The notes under the pieces: generated by a model | Databases searched by the model: none | Told to the model about the DNA's origin: nothing | What the model saw: only the letters and a program-made list of their open reading frames with translations | NCBI RefSeq assembly: GCF_006345805.1 | Contig: NC_043003.1 | Span: forward strand, 20,274,001 to 20,338,000 | Length of the DNA: 64,000 bases | Source of the DNA: Octopus sinensis | Taxonomy: Eukaryota | Direction: 5' to 3' | Part shown: in pieces, positions 24,671-39,995 of the stretch | Numbering within the stretch: the first letter of the stretch is position 1 | Layout of the letters: each line of letters starts with the position of its first letter | Made by a program: the position numbers and the translations under genes

Positions 24671-26874
24671 AGAACATGTTTTGCAACCTACTGCAAAAAC
24701 GCGCGATCAGCACACCTTTATTTATCACCTTCGCTTCAATCTGACGATGAGATGGTAAGAGTCTTTAAACGTTGATTGCCAAATAGATTTAAGAAAGTTA
24801 TTGTTCCAAACTACTCATAAGAAACTAATAATGAAATATGAAAAATGATTAATACAAAAGATCGAATTCGAAAATAGATTTGTTTTCCTTAATATAACAT
24901 ATTCGAAAGAAAGTCTATATTATATTTACACACACACACAAACACACACACACCCACACACACACCACACACACACACACACACATACACCCCCCCCCAC
25001 ACACACACATACACACACACACATACATACACAAACATTTATGTAATATGTCGATATGAATACCATGCATACATTTACTTGTATTGTATAACAACACAAT
25101 ATATACAAGTAGATATCCATTAAAAATCTAATTAAAATTTGTCCAAATATTCATATTGATAGTTTGCTCGAATAAAAACTGTTCAGACTTATGGGAATTT
25201 CATGATGGTCAGACATGAAACTTATTGTGTTTTTTTTTATATAACTCTACAGAACGTAATTTACAACAAATAAATAAAATATAAAATAAAATTGATGTTA
25301 ATACGGAACAGAAGAGCAACTTACAGACTCCCTAAGAGAAATAACCATGTTTGAACATAACATTTTAAAATACTACGCCTCCAGGTGGAAGGAGCCGTCA
25401 GATGGTATTCTATTTATAATGTTCTAATACATAAGAGAGCTATATGTTCTCCATGTGTAAATAATTACTTTGTGAAAAAGTGTTCGATATTGCAACATCG
25501 AGTACTCTGCAACAAAAGATATCGAATTACATATATTACAAGCAATAACTAGAACACACAAACACACAGGCGCACACACATGCACAAACACAAACACATA
25601 CATATGTACAGATACACATATATTGGACACAGACACAAGCATACACAGATACAGACACATACACATTGGAGGCGGAGATGATTTTATAAATCAAGAATTT
25701 TTGCTGTATAGTATTTCTCATGCAACTATTTGTCTATGTTATTCAAATACATGTTACTGGCTATTCCCCTTAACTCACTTTTATTTATATACACCATATC
25801 TATATTTATCTATACACACACACACACACACGCAGACACATGCATATATATATCATATAATAAAACAGAGCTTGTGTGTGAGTGTGTGTATGTGCGTGTT
25901 TGTATGTGTATGTGTGTATGCGCATATTCCTTGTGGATTAGAAAGCTGAGTTGCCGATTTTGACATATGTGTTATCAAAAATTCAGTAATCTTTCGGTTA
26001 CAAAATAAAGTTTATTTTACACAACAACTCTTTTTTTACTACAAAAATAGCCTCGAAAACGAGGTCAGGTCGCATAATTTTGAGATCCTAAGCTAAGGGA
26101 GGGAACTCTGCCTGAACAATCTTTGTCTTAGATAGAACATAATGATAAATGATAATGATAAAATATTTAAAATACATGGAGTTTTACCAAGGAATGAAAC
26201 CTTTATTTTTATTATTTAGTATTTATTAGTATTTTTAAGCAGATAGTCTTTTCATGTGAAGTATGTTTGTCTGTATTTTGTATAGCTCAGAGTGGCCTCT
26301 GATGTAGTAGAACCATCGTATAGCTGTATCTTTCTTATGATGAAAGAATGTGTTTTAAGAGAGATTTAGCAGCTATTTGTAAGAGCTCAAGTCACCACAG
26401 ACACACCTGTGTTTGTGTGTTTTGTTGTCGTGGAAACAAAAAAAATTCCTCAGGATGGTTTTCACAATAATGTTTAAAGAAGTCTGGACATCTTTCGTAC
26501 TGCAAACCATTCAACTTCGAATTACAATTGTTAGTTGTTGGAAGTCAAGTCAGACTGAGATGTACATATAGTGTTATCGTATAGAGTGGAAGTTCAATAC
26601 GAAGTTTTGAACTCATTATCTTGGGGTTAAATTTGAAGTCATTAAGTGTTTAAACATTATTTTACTGGGTTTAGTCTTTCGACTGTCACCATGATGGGGT
26701 ACCGTCTTCAAAAATTTAATTGATCATGCTGATCAGACAGTTCCAAGGCTTCTTTTGTGCATAGCATGAGTCACTTATAGAATCTGAAACATAAACATGT
26801 CAATTAATAAGAAAACAGAAAACGATGTTTTATGGGGTATCTGTTTACTTCTAACATGTATATATATATATTAT

Positions 26875-26922
<48 letters not shown>

Positions 26923-26924
26923 AT

Positions 26925-27292
26925 TTATTCTTTTACTCTTTTACTTGTTTCAGTCATTTGACTGCGGCCATGCAGGAGAACTGCCCTAAAGGGTTTTGGT
27001 AGAACAAATCAGCACCAGGACTCATTTTAAAGCCTAGTACTTATTCTATTGGTATCTTTGCCGAAACGCTAGGTTACAGGGACATAAAAACACCAGACGA
27101 GGATGGGGGAGACAAACACACACACATATATATACGTTGGGCTTCTTTCAGTTTCTATCTACCAAATCCACATACAAGTCTTTGGTCAGCACGAAGTTAA
27201 AGTAGAAGATACTTGCCCAAGGTACCATGCAGTGGGTCTGAATCTGAGACCAAGTGGTTGGGAAGCAATCTTCTTACCAAAGAGTCACGCCT
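26925..27292 (-). mobile_element. SINE family B
   Basis: CTTGTTTCAGTCATTTGACTGCGGCCATGC through the head. Confidence 0.85.
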
Positions 27293-27295
27293 TCG

Positions 27296-27387
<92 letters not shown>

Positions 27388-27939
27388 TGTATGTGCGTGT
27401 ACTGCGCGTACACATACACACACATACAGAGACATACACACATACACACATATTCCAACGTAAAAACGTATAATTTAGAACGTTGGCTATGTCTAATTTT
27501 CTCAATATATCTCATCTCATGATAATTATTTAATCACAAATTCATTATTAGTAAAATTCTAAGGATAGCTGTTATCACATATGAAAGAATGCCCAACCGC
27601 AAAAACGACCACATGCATGCAATACGTATGCCTATATGTATATATACATGTATGAATGTATATATGTGCATATGCATGTATGCATGTATGTGTGAACACA
27701 CACACACTCACGCACACACACGCGTACAGACAGAGTAAGGAGACACGCAGTCAAGAACAAACGTACGCAAAGATTGCTGGCTATTTTTCAACATAAGACC
27801 GGATAAATATTCCCAATAGTTAAATTTAGCTTAACATGACATCAAACCAATCAACAATTTAAATATTACATCTCCTCCTTTCCCCTATCTTCATTCTCGC
27901 GTTCTGTACGCGCGTATGAACATATGTATGTGTATGTAT

Positions 27940-28440
27940 GCTAATCTATCTGTCTGTCTATCTATATCTATATATCTATATATCTATATATCTATATATC
28001 TATATCTATAAATATCTATATATCTATATCTATCTATATATCTATATCTATATATCTATATCTATCTATATATCTATATCCATATATCTATATATCTATC
28101 TATATTTATATATATCTATATCTATCTCTCTATCTATATATCTATATCTATCTCTCTATATCTCTATCTCTCTATATCTCTATATCTCTCTATCTCTATA
28201 TCTATATATCTCTCTATATCTCTCTCTATCTCTCTCTCTTTCTCTCTCTCTATTCATATTCCTCTGTGTGTGTGTATTTACTTTTATATATATATATATA
28301 TCTATGAGTATGTGTGTGCGCGCGTGTATGCGTGTGTGTGTGTATCTATCTATATATATATATCATTCACACACACACACATATATATACACACATGTAT
28401 GTATGTATGTTTCTCTATTTTTCTATATATATATATACCC
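27940..28440. repeat. Compound (TATC)/(TATCTA)/(TC)n array
   Basis: Direct inspection. Confidence 0.95.
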
Positions 28441-28859
28441 GAGTGAGTGAACAAACGAAGAATGTAGTACACAACCCATTTTGTTAGCGTTCAATTATCT
28501 AATATGTATTTCATAACAGTCGTTCAATCCATTACCATATCGACCGCCAAGTAGATTAGATCTCGCTTCCGCGCTCACAAATTTCGGACGCCTGAGATTA
28601 TCTAATAATCCTATAAGGCAATCATTCCACTTTGCATTGAATATTGCCATATTTGCACTGGTACAACCTCTGAGTGCCTTTTACTCCCTTGGAGTGAAAG
28701 TCACGCAGCGTATCATAGAAATGTCCCTTAGTTCTGTCTTACCCATAAGTATTTATTTGGGTATTCCTCTGATGAATCTTTTGGTCTTGTATCCTCTATG
28801 AAAACCTTTAAATCTGTTTCTCCTTCTCTTCCCAGGCGCCTCGTACCTCTTTTGTGCCT

Positions 28860-28960
28860 TCTGTTAAACATATGTACTTTCATTCTAATATTTCCTTCTC
28901 TCAAACTCGTGCTCTCTGGAACACACCACCGTTGTCTGCTCTCCCTCTCTCTCTCGTTTT
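28860..28960 (+). mobile_element. Possible LINE 3' relic
   Basis: NISFSQTRALWNTPP resembles the SFF.RT..LWN.LP motif. Confidence 0.35.
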
Positions 28961-29039
28961 TGATAATTCAGTTCTTTAAGCTTTCTGTCTGAAGTCGTAG
29001 GCTCCTTCTATGTATATATATATATATATACACACATAA

Positions 29040-29084
<45 letters not shown>

Positions 29085-29125
29085 CATATATATACATATA
29101 TACATACATATATATATATACACAC

Positions 29126-29195
<70 letters not shown>

Positions 29196-29220
29196 CACAC
29201 ACACACACACACACACACAC

Positions 29221-29252
<32 letters not shown>

Positions 29253-29261
29253 CGCGCGTAC

Positions 29262-29398
29262 GAGTGGCTGCGTGGTAAGTAGCTTCCTTACGAACCACAT
29301 GGTTCCGGGTTCAGTCCCACTACGTGGCACCTTGAGCAAGTGTCTTCTACTATAGCCTCGTGTGTGGATTTGGTAGACGGAAACTGAAAGAAGCTCGT

Positions 29399-29400
<2 letters not shown>
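29262..29400 (+). mobile_element. SINE family B, 5' half
   Basis: Head through GAAACTGAAAGAAGC, then (TA)n. Confidence 0.85.
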
Positions 29401-29471
<71 letters not shown>

Positions 29472-29662
29472 ATATATAGCAAAGCTCTTCTTCGGACACA
29501 GGAGACAGATTTAAGTCCCCCAAAAAGTAAGACGGATGAAAAATATCGTCACGTATAAGGACTCATATACATATCCACAAACTTGCACGGACATGCAATC
29601 TCACACATCATGAGGAGCACATTCACGTAATCGAAAATACCCAGGTACTTGTCCACGCTTAC

Positions 29663-29753
29663 TCCGCCTCTACATTTATATCTATTCTTAAATAACATCA
29701 TGTACCATCGTGCATGTTTTTTTAAAGATTCTCTTAAATCCAATTTATCTCTT
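29663..29753 (-). CDS. Candidate 91-nt exon
   Basis: TTTTATTGTATATTCAG| acceptor and GGA|GTAAGC donor; RDKLDLRESLKKHARWYMMLFKNRYKCRGG. Confidence 0.35.
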
Positions 29754-30907
29754 CTGAATATACAATAAAATATCAATATTTATTACAAGTATATCCAAGC
29801 AATATTTCAGATGGACACAAACACATGATCGCAGTTTTATGTATGTATGTATGTATGTATGTATGTATGTATGTATGTATGTATGTATGTATGTATGTAT
29901 GTATGTATGTATGTGTGTATATGTGTATGTATGTATGTATGTATGTATGTATGTATGTATGTATGTATGTATGTATGTATGCATGTATGTATGCATGTGA
30001 GTATTTATGGATGCATGCATGTATGTTAAATTCGGATTTTATTGTCTTCTTCATCAAACTGAGCTCTCTCTTTTTTACTAACTGTAGATTACTACGAGCA
30101 CCCGATCTCTGTATGCTGTATACACACACACACACATATATGTCTATACGTATTTATATATAGATATAGGTGATGTTTATACATAAGCATACATATATAA
30201 TATATATATAGGTGAATATAGATGCCAATACATATACATATATATGTAGACACATACACACATATACAAACATACATACATACATACAAACGAGCGTACA
30301 AATACATACATAAGCATCAATACTTACAAACAAAAGACAGGCAGAGATACATATTGGTGCATACTAACATAAATACACACACACGAACACACACACAAAC
30401 ACACACACACACAGCAATGCCACACACAAACGCATATTCTGCTGACGCTACCCCTCCCCCATCCGTTCACCCTTACTCTTTATCATTCTGCTGACACCAC
30501 CACCAACACCAACACCACCACCATCACCACCAGCACCACCACGTCGCCCATCAGTTCCGACAACCCGACTAGTATGTACTACAAGTGTCTATACACATAT
30601 ACTAACTTTCATGATTAGTTAAAAGCAAAGAAAACAAAACAACATGTATGTTGGTTAAAAAAAAATAAAATAAAATAGGAAATAAAACAATTTGTTTAAA
30701 AAAATAAATAAATAAAAGCCAAGGAAAAATATCTTAATGGTTATTGACAACAACAAGAACAACAGCAACAGTAGTAGCAACAAAAACATCAACAACAAGA
30801 AAAACGACAATAGCGACAGTGTTCAAAGAATTGCTCATATATATATATATATATATATAATATATATACATACATACATGCATATATATACATACACATA
30901 CATATAT

Positions 30908-30939
<32 letters not shown>

Positions 30940-30994
30940 CATACATGCATACATATATATACACATATATATATATATATAGATATATACATAA

Positions 30995-31258
<264 letters not shown>

Positions 31259-31280
31259 ATATATATATATATACAGATAC

Positions 31281-31311
<31 letters not shown>

Positions 31312-32028
31312 CATACATACATATATACATACATATACATACATATACATACATACATATATACATACATATATACATATATACATACATACACACGCAC
31401 ACGCACACACATATATATAAAGAAAACAAAAATTAAAAAAATAAAATAAGTTCTAAAATATATAAGAAAAATAAACACTAAAGCTACGTACAACAACAGC
31501 CTCGATATCCTGTCACATCACCTCCGTCATCACCCTCATACAAAAACCAAAACAACCGACTCACCAACCAGCTAGCCAGCCAACAAACCGACAAACCAAC
31601 CAACAAACCGACCAACAAACCGACCAACCAACCAACCAACCATCTAACCGTACGACCAACCGACCAACCATCTATCCGATCATCTAAATCCATTTTGAAA
31701 AGCGAGATTTGCCTATGTTCAATACACTTAGCTTTAAGTACTTAGCGAAGTTTGGATCCAATTCTTTTAATGCCCGAATCGATACACTCAACATTTGTAC
31801 TATTTTTTACACCACCACCACCACCACTCTCCCTCTACCAGACGAACTGACGACGCTTCAGTCACGGACTAAATCTGCAAGAAATAACAGTGAAATGTCC
31901 CTCGCGAAACATTACTATCTTACCGAAAATGAAACACTGAATAACAGGGTGGGGATATAAAAATGAGAGTTTCAACCCTGATTGCTTTATATGTTCATGG
32001 GTTGTCTAGGATTGATTACATAGAACGC

Positions 32029-32480
32029 CTCAGCATATAAATCTCCCGGAAACCGTTCAGAAACGTGCAACAAAACGAATGCCTGTCGACAAGCATCTAC
32101 CTCAGCATATAAATCTCCCGGAAACCGTTCAGAAACGTGCAACAAAACGAATGCCTGTCGACAAGCATCTACCATACTCTTAACGTATTGTTTTCCTGGG
32201 CATGGACACTTCGAAGCTCAGACATCTGGCAACTGACTTGACAGACACCCACAAGATTATCCACCATCTTTCCAAGAACAACCTTGGGCACCTTTTCGTG
32301 GACATGCTTTCAAAATCAAAAAACAACATGGCACCCATGGCGTTGGGAAACATTTTGTCATGCCCAGGACTATTGAAGCGTGGAATAAACTACCTGCATC
32401 AGTCGTTAGCTGTCGAGATACTACATCCTTCGAAAGTTCAAAGCTTCCTGCTTCCTGAAATCCGCCAACAGTACAGTTGA
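32029..32480 (+). mobile_element. CR1-type LINE 3' fragment with 72-bp tandem duplication at its 5' end
   Basis: ETVQKRATKRMP..LPYS*R..LGMDT.KLR..DL..KII, then after a frameshift RGHAFKI.K..EAWNKLPASVV. 32029-32100 is identical to 32101-32172. Confidence 0.85.
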
Positions 32481-33859
32481 TGGCTTTTTTTTTCGTTGTA
32501 GTGCAACTGAGAACTGTATACAACAGTTTCTTTCATATAGAACATCATTAAAGTATAGACGTATGCTCCTCAACAGATTGGTTGAACACATGGTGCCCTG
32601 GTGGCAAATATTGTAAAGGGAAAGAACCATTTCTAGATAAATCTTAAATTAATTCGGAGTGAGGAGAGTTTTATATGTAAATACAACTAAGATGCACAAA
32701 ATATGCATATTCAATATCTCTACTTTCCATTTCCATTCCTTTAGGGTATTTTACCCTCATTACTCATACACATCATTGTTTCGCAGTCGTACGGCCTTTA
32801 TTTTGTTTGTATATTATGTTTTTTATTTCGTTTGTATATTCATATTCTTACCACAACATGTGTCGTTTGCTTTCGTCACTGGCCTTGGCCTCACCGTTCG
32901 CTCACTATTACTAACTACTTTTTATGCTAAAGCTACCAAAAATAAACAATGCTGTCGGTAAAGCGCGAAATTGTAATGATTTTTTCGGACGATAACTGGC
33001 GAGGAAAGAGCACGTCCGTATCTTGTGTGTGTATTTTCCGTTCGTTCCTTTGTCGTGCTTCTGTAGACTGGAGTTACGTAAAATAAAGAGTCATGCTCAA
33101 GTACTCAATGCTCCGCCCGGTCAAAGACTAGAACCCATGACCTTCATAGGAGAATATATAAACTCTTTACTCCACTTGAACGAATACTTCATTCATGAAT
33201 TATTGATGCTGGGAAAAATGATAAACAAAATATACCCAAGGGTGGTCATTAGATTGACTTATAGAATTTAATTTTTTTTATTGACTGCAAGAATTTTTAA
33301 TGTAAAGGATATTATAAACATTATACAATACGAAGAAACATTTACTTTAATTTAAAATACTTTAAAAATATTACTAAATTTTCATCATTCTGAAGTATTT
33401 TATAGTTATACTTTTATTGACATTTTAACCCATACTATTTATTTTTCTTGGTCATTGCTTGTAAATAATTACTGAATGAAAATTAATCTTTATCTATTAA
33501 GAAAGAATTACAAACACTTTGGCATGTACTGGTTTATCGGGTCTCTGGAGAAGCAACATATTACAGACTTATGAGTTGTTGGTCTTTGCTATTTCGAATT
33601 ATTGCTCGTAACGTCTAAATTAATTTCGGGTAATTAGCATCGCCTCTTTAATTCTTAGGTGTTAATGTAATAATGCTAATGTGCATCTCATACTTTAGGG
33701 TCAATAAACATAATAACAGTCCTCTACAAGCGGCGATTCTTCTCCATTATCTTATTGTTTCTGGAAGAAATCAGCAACAATCGGACCAGGAAAGGAATGA
33801 ACTGCCTCAAGTTTTGTTATTAGAGACGTGGCGCATGTAGCTCAAAGGAAAGTTGAGAA

Positions 33860-34280
33860 AGCAAGCGCTCACATGCATGTGTAGTTAACAAGCATGCTTT
33901 ACAACCATGTATTTTCGGGTTCAGTCCCGTTGCGCGGCACCTTATGCAAGAGTCCTCTACTATAACCCAGGATCGACAAATTCCTTGTGACTTAATTTGA
34001 TCGACAGAAACTGTGTGGAAGCCCGTCATACGAGCACGTGTGTGTATTTGTGCGTACCTGTGTGTGTGTCTTTGTGTCTGCATTTGTCGACCACGACTGC
34101 AGGAAACCGGTGTTGGCATCTTTACGTCCCCGTAACTTACTGGTTCAGCAAAAGAGACCGACAGACGAAATACCAGAATTTTAAATGTATAGGGGTCGAT
34201 ATATTCGACTGAACACTTCAAGCTCGTGCCACAGCATGACCGCAAAACAATGACTGAAATAAGTGAAAGGTAAAAGGTCA
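33860..34280 (+). mobile_element. SINE family B, diverged
   Basis: GGGTTCAGTCCC..CCCCGTAACTTA..ATGACTGAAAT. Confidence 0.8.
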
Positions 34281-34591
34281 ATAAGTGCAGACCTTCAAAC
34301 TTTCTACCATTCACCTAGTATGAAAAACGTATCTGTTGTCATTCATAGTGAGATTAGCTATAATCAAGTATGTTACAGCCTTGAACTTTTTGTATATTAC
34401 ATATTCAGTATATTCTTACCTTTTACATAACAGCACAGTGCTACGTGACGGAAATGTTTTATTCATTTCTTCAAAAGTATATCGCATGCAGTGACTAGGT
34501 TTCGACCCAAGGACACCTTAGTCATAGCTAATTCGTCCTAACAACAAACACACTTTCATGAATATTGCATCTATTAATATCCTCCTATGTC

Positions 34592-34803
34592 AAGGCGGCT
34601 GGCTGGCAGAATCGTTAGCACGCCGGCCGAAATGCTTAGCAGTATTTCACCTGTCCTTACGTTCTGAATTCAAATTCCGCCGAGGTCATCTTTGCCTTTT
34701 GTCCTTTCGAGGTCGATAAATTAAATACCAGTTGCGTACTGGGTCGATCTAATCGTCTGACCCCTCCCCTAAAATTTCGGGCCTTGTGCCTAGAGTAGAA
34801 AAG
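34592..34803 (+). mobile_element. SINE family A monomer
   Basis: Head, one unit and terminal tail; imperfect TSD AATATCCTC at 34576 and 34804. Confidence 0.88.
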
Positions 34804-34830
34804 AATATCCTCTTGTGCCTCACTCTTTTC

Positions 34831-34911
<81 letters not shown>

Positions 34912-34917
34912 TATACA

Positions 34918-35215
34918 CCGTCGATTACGACAACAAGGGTTCCAGCTGATACACCAAGAGAACAGCTTGCTCGTGAAATTAATGTGCAAGTGGCTGAGCA
35001 CTTCACAGACACGTGTACCCCTAACGTAGTTCTCCTGAAGATTCAGCGTGACACAGAGTGAGACAAAACTGATCCTTTGAAATAGAGGTACTACTCATTT
35101 TTGCCAGCGGAGTGGACAGGAACAACGTGAAATAAAGTGTCTTGCGCAAGGACACATCGCGTCGCTGGGAATTGAACTCACGACCTTACGATCGAGAGCC
35201 GAATGCCCTAAACAC
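34918..35215 (-). mobile_element. SINE family D head with tail X
   Basis: CAACGTGAAATAAAGTGTCTTGC..GAATTGAACTCACGACC head; tail as in 40378-40555. Confidence 0.85.
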
Positions 35216-35399
35216 GTGCTTTCATACACACACACACACACATCACACATACACACACACACATCACACACATATATGCACACACATACACACACATATA
35301 TACAGCTTCGTGTTCAAGTAAGAATAAAATATAATGGAGTATAGTTAATAGCTTGATACGCTTACCAATGCTATTTCGGCTGATGAACTCAGAAAAGAG

Positions 35400-35835
35400 G
35401 CCAAACTAGAAAGATTGTCTCTACCTAGCTGATTGCCTCTCTATGATTGACAGCCCTACTAGAAATAGTAGTCAAATTTCCGTGTAATGTAATAACAGAT
35501 ACTGAATGCTGGAGAAAATGGCGTAATGTTCATGTTTAGAACGTGTTCGATCATAGCTCTACTGAATGACGGTTAACCTGGGGTTACGCAAACAACAATA
35601 TACTGCTGAACGAGACAACGAATAAGCCAAAGATTGACCAGCAAGAAACATCTGCCAAGCTCCTCCTCCAAATCAAATTAAAAAAAGCACACACACACTG
35701 CTATGTTATTCATAAAAATGAAGGACACGCTAGATTGTACAGTCTTGGAAATACTAAACATGAAAGAAAAATAAATAAAATGAGAGATTGTCACGACTGG
35801 AACGCTTTTGATCATAGGTCTGTTCGACATCAATA
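35400..35835 (+). mobile_element. Diverged interspersed repeat family E (relics also near 400-555, 12370-12480, 44670-44760, 57215-57400)
   Basis: Recurring TAGAAATAG.AG.CAAAT..C and GACTGGAA.GC.TTTGATCATAGGTCTG.TC..CTGGGGTTA motifs. Confidence 0.55.
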
Positions 35836-36140
35836 ACATACAAGTGAATCAGCTAGCTATATAACTTTGTTAATACAAATAAAACGCTCGCACAAAATAA
35901 TTATCTGAGAGAATTGAGATAAGGTTTTGTTGTATTCAGACATTTATTTCTATTGGTTTCACTTTATCTTTTAAGGTGGTTTCTACCGATCGATATACGT
36001 CGTAAATTTATCTCGCAACCGTTTAATAATGTTGAGTTATGTACTGCTCTGGAGAGCCTACGTGGAAGCCAATACACGTATGCGTACATACACATCTATA
36101 TACACTTATACATATATACATACAGACACACATTTAAGTG

Positions 36141-36207
<67 letters not shown>

Positions 36208-36789
36208 TATATGTATGTATGTATGTATGCATGTATTCATGTGCAGGCTGAGGCATAGATTTATGTATATTTCTTTTATTTTTGATTAAAAGCATGCAGT
36301 CACTATATTCTCTATATTAGCATTTATTGATTTATAGGTTTCACACAGTCACAAATTTGTGTGTGAAGAGTAAAGTCGATTAAATCAACCCTAGCATATG
36401 ACTGCTACATATTTTATCTCTCGCAGCAATGATTTAGTCCAGAAGACTGCAACTGCGATGCAATTTAAACTGCAAGACAGATACTGAGCTACAATATGGC
36501 ATACGTAAAAGAAAATAGCTAAAAGTACGATTATAATCTTTTAGATTATTATATTCATCCTGAGAGATGAAAGCTCTTTTAACATATAAAAGTGTAATAC
36601 GTGTCGATTTATTTACATAGTATTGCATAAAACTCCGAATATCTAAAGACTGAATCCCTGGATAAACTCTGCTACATATTCAATTCCTCGATGTAATTCT
36701 GAGTGCAATTGCATTCTCCCGCCTTGTCAGTTCTATTTTCGAACTGAAAAAGTAGGAGGTAAAATCACTTTATCCAAGATAGCATTGAT

Positions 36790-37000
36790 TTCAAAATTTT
36801 ACACAAGGCAACCAATTTCGGGGAAAGGGGGAAGTCGATTGCATTGACCCTATTGCCCGACTAGTATTTATTTTACCGACCACAGAAAGATGAAAGGCAA
36901 AGTCGACTCTGGCGGCAGTTGAACTGGGAATGTAAAGTCGTAAGAAATGCTGCTTAGCATTTTATACGGAGCGCTAATGATTCTGCCAGATCGCAGTCTT
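36790..37000 (-). mobile_element. SINE family A monomer, diverged
   Basis: GATGAAAGGCAAAGTCGAC core plus GATTCTGCCAG head on the + strand. Confidence 0.8.
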
Positions 37001-37414
37001 ATATCGCAGATAATACTAACAGGCGTACAAGACTCACATATTCGGGTTCTACAGAGATGATGGTCTAAAAGCAACGCGGATAGCTACAGTATGGATACTA
37101 ATTTTCCGCTGAGTAGATTGAGATTGAAGTAACCCAGTCAAGAAATCAAACCCATAAACATATGATCGTGGTAACTAAACCTTAATCACTTAGCCGAACA
37201 CCTTAGGTATATTTAAGCAACGTAACTTGAAAGTATCACCTTTAATCTAAGAATTTCTAGTTTACCAGATTCTATTCTAGACTTAAAGAACAGCATAAGT
37301 CTTACAGAAAACCAAGCGAAAACACCACATATATACCTATATAAGAATATAACAAATCCAACTTTATCAAACGGAAGAAGTAGTATAATGTCCAAACTAT
37401 CGCTATATTCCATA

Positions 37415-37639
37415 CAGTAATCCCTCGACTATCGCGTGTGTTACGCTCCAACCGACCCTCCTCCCCCGCCTCGATAGGGAAAAATCCGCGAAGTAGTACA
37501 GTACTGTATATTTTTTATTGTTTTTATAATTTGTAGATATTTATTTTATTATAAATGTAAAACAACACCACGGAGGTATCGATATAAGCTTAAATAATAA
37601 ACCGCGATATGTGAAACATGATATGGCGAGGGAATACTG
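37415..37639. mobile_element. Tigger-like MITE (225 bp)
   Basis: TA|CAGTAATCCCTCG...CGAGGGAATACTG|TA: 13-bp TIR with 1 mismatch and TA TSD. Confidence 0.85.
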
Positions 37640-38930
37640 TAATAGAAGATCATTACAATAATACGCGAAGAAAAGCTGGCTATTACCAACAGAAGCGCGG
37701 TGTACCACTCGTAAAGCAACAATTTCAGGGAGATGAATATTTTTTCGGCTAAGCCTGTCATATAATAAAAATGTAAAAGCCAATTTCTAGGCACACATAG
37801 TTTTCGCAATCTTTTAAATTGGAATTATATGAAAAACTAACGGTTGATGCTTGGACAACATTACGGCACGTATCAAACAACACACCGAAAGCTTATTCAT
37901 CCAACCATTAACTCTCACTCCCACATCAATAACAAAGTTTTAATAGCAGACCTACCCAGAATTACTCACTAAATTGTTCATGACGTTATTGAAGTGTTGA
38001 TATATCGAGGCATTTTATCACCAAACGACGATATTCGGAGAAAATAAACTGCATTCAGAAAGCACATATATATATATATATATATATATGTCCTATTCAA
38101 CCAGCACGTATTCACATTCTGATTTTAGGAGAAAATAAACACTTCGTCCTTCTGGAAAGTGAAGTAGATTGGGGTTAGAAACACACAAGTTGGGTAGAGC
38201 ACACGTATACCAAGATGGCAAAAAACGGTATTTGTGTTGAATTTTTTTAAAGCCAAGAATGCCGTTTATTGAAAACATGAACTGAAATTAGAAGCACTGG
38301 CAAATATTTTCGCAAAAATGATTTACAGTTCAAAGTGGCTAGAGAATTTTCAAATGGTTGGTTACTTTAAAAAATTTGAAACTGGAAGAAAATTTTCTAT
38401 GTTTTTTTTTATTAATATAAATCTCTTCGGCCGACGAAAACTAAACCATACAGATTTAGTCCCATGGACTCCTATCAAAGCTTTCAAAAATTACTGAAGT
38501 GCATCTGCTGGTCCATACTGACATATAAGAGGTAGGAAACCAGTAACAAAAGCAGGTCTATCAAACATCTTTCTGCTTGATATTTACACCAGCAACGCAC
38601 GAAGAAGCCAGTTGCACAAAATTCTGATTAACTGGAGCATGAGACTGATCCACCATTCCATATAAACATCCTTCCATCCATATTCACTTATATACATATA
38701 TATATGTATACACATACTGTATATGTGTATATACGCATGCATACATTCACACACTCATATGCATACATATGTATACATATACATGTATGTACGTATGTAA
38801 ATACATATATGTAAAAATATAAGTATACATATGTAAATATATATATATATATATACATATATACACCATATATATATATACATGTGTATATACATATTTA
38901 TATATATATATAGATACATATACGCATGTA

Positions 38931-38961
<31 letters not shown>

Positions 38962-38997
38962 TTATCTATTTATATCTATAACTATATGTATGTATGC

Positions 38998-39056
<59 letters not shown>

Positions 39057-39456
39057 TATATATGTATGTGACAAATCTGATTCTGTTTTACTGTTGAAGG
39101 TCTAAATGGATGCTATATAGATTTGTCGTAAGCAACGTTGAAATACGAAACAAGAAATTATTTATAACATTTAACATGTTTTGTTAAAACATTTGTAAAA
39201 ACGGATATAAGCGACTTTGGAGTGGAGACTTGCAAGATAGAAAGTTAATGATGAGAAGAATTAAAAGCTAGATTCGATAGTTTCCTGGGAGAAGTGTGGA
39301 AACATCTGATACCTAATCCAATGTAAAACATACATCTGAAGTATACAGGGATTAAAAATGTGCGGCGTTACAGTTGTAGGGAGTATAAATAATTAAATAC
39401 TTATACTAATGTAGTTTAAAACATATGTGTGCATATATGGATGTAAATAAATATAT

Positions 39457-39529
<73 letters not shown>

Positions 39530-39656
39530 TATATATATGTACGTGAATAATGGACAAATTGTACAGAACATATAAATGGACAATGAGTAAAACACTGGTA
39601 CAATTTCGATTACCTATTGTTACTCGTAGATTTACTGCAGGAACTTTGTAGTGGCG

Positions 39657-39695
39657 AAACATAAGTTTCGACCTGTTCTGGGTCTCTTCAGGTAC
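39657..39695 (-). ncRNA. Partial hammerhead core (helix I broken)
   Basis: Minus strand: GUAC-CUGAAGA-GACC CAGAACA GGUC-GAAAC-UUAU-GU-U. Helices II and III are present; the downstream sequence does not pair with GUAC. Confidence 0.4.
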
Positions 39696-39942
39696 ACCAA
39701 TAAAATGTCTCACTAGATATTTGTTGAGTTGGCTTATGTACCGCTATATGTCCATCAAATTCGAGAATGAGTAAAATCAGAGAAAAGTCATATGTATATA
39801 TATGTGTATATATGTATATATATGTGTATATATATGTATGTATATATATATATGTGTGTGTGTGTGTGTACACACACACTCATATACACACACAAACATA
39901 TATATATATATATATATAGGAATGTTAGATTATAGACACATA

Positions 39943-39995
<53 letters not shown>

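Noticed and set aside
33040-33145. Strong plus-strand splice acceptor followed by an open frame
   Set aside because: The downstream sequence is a decayed SINE D head.
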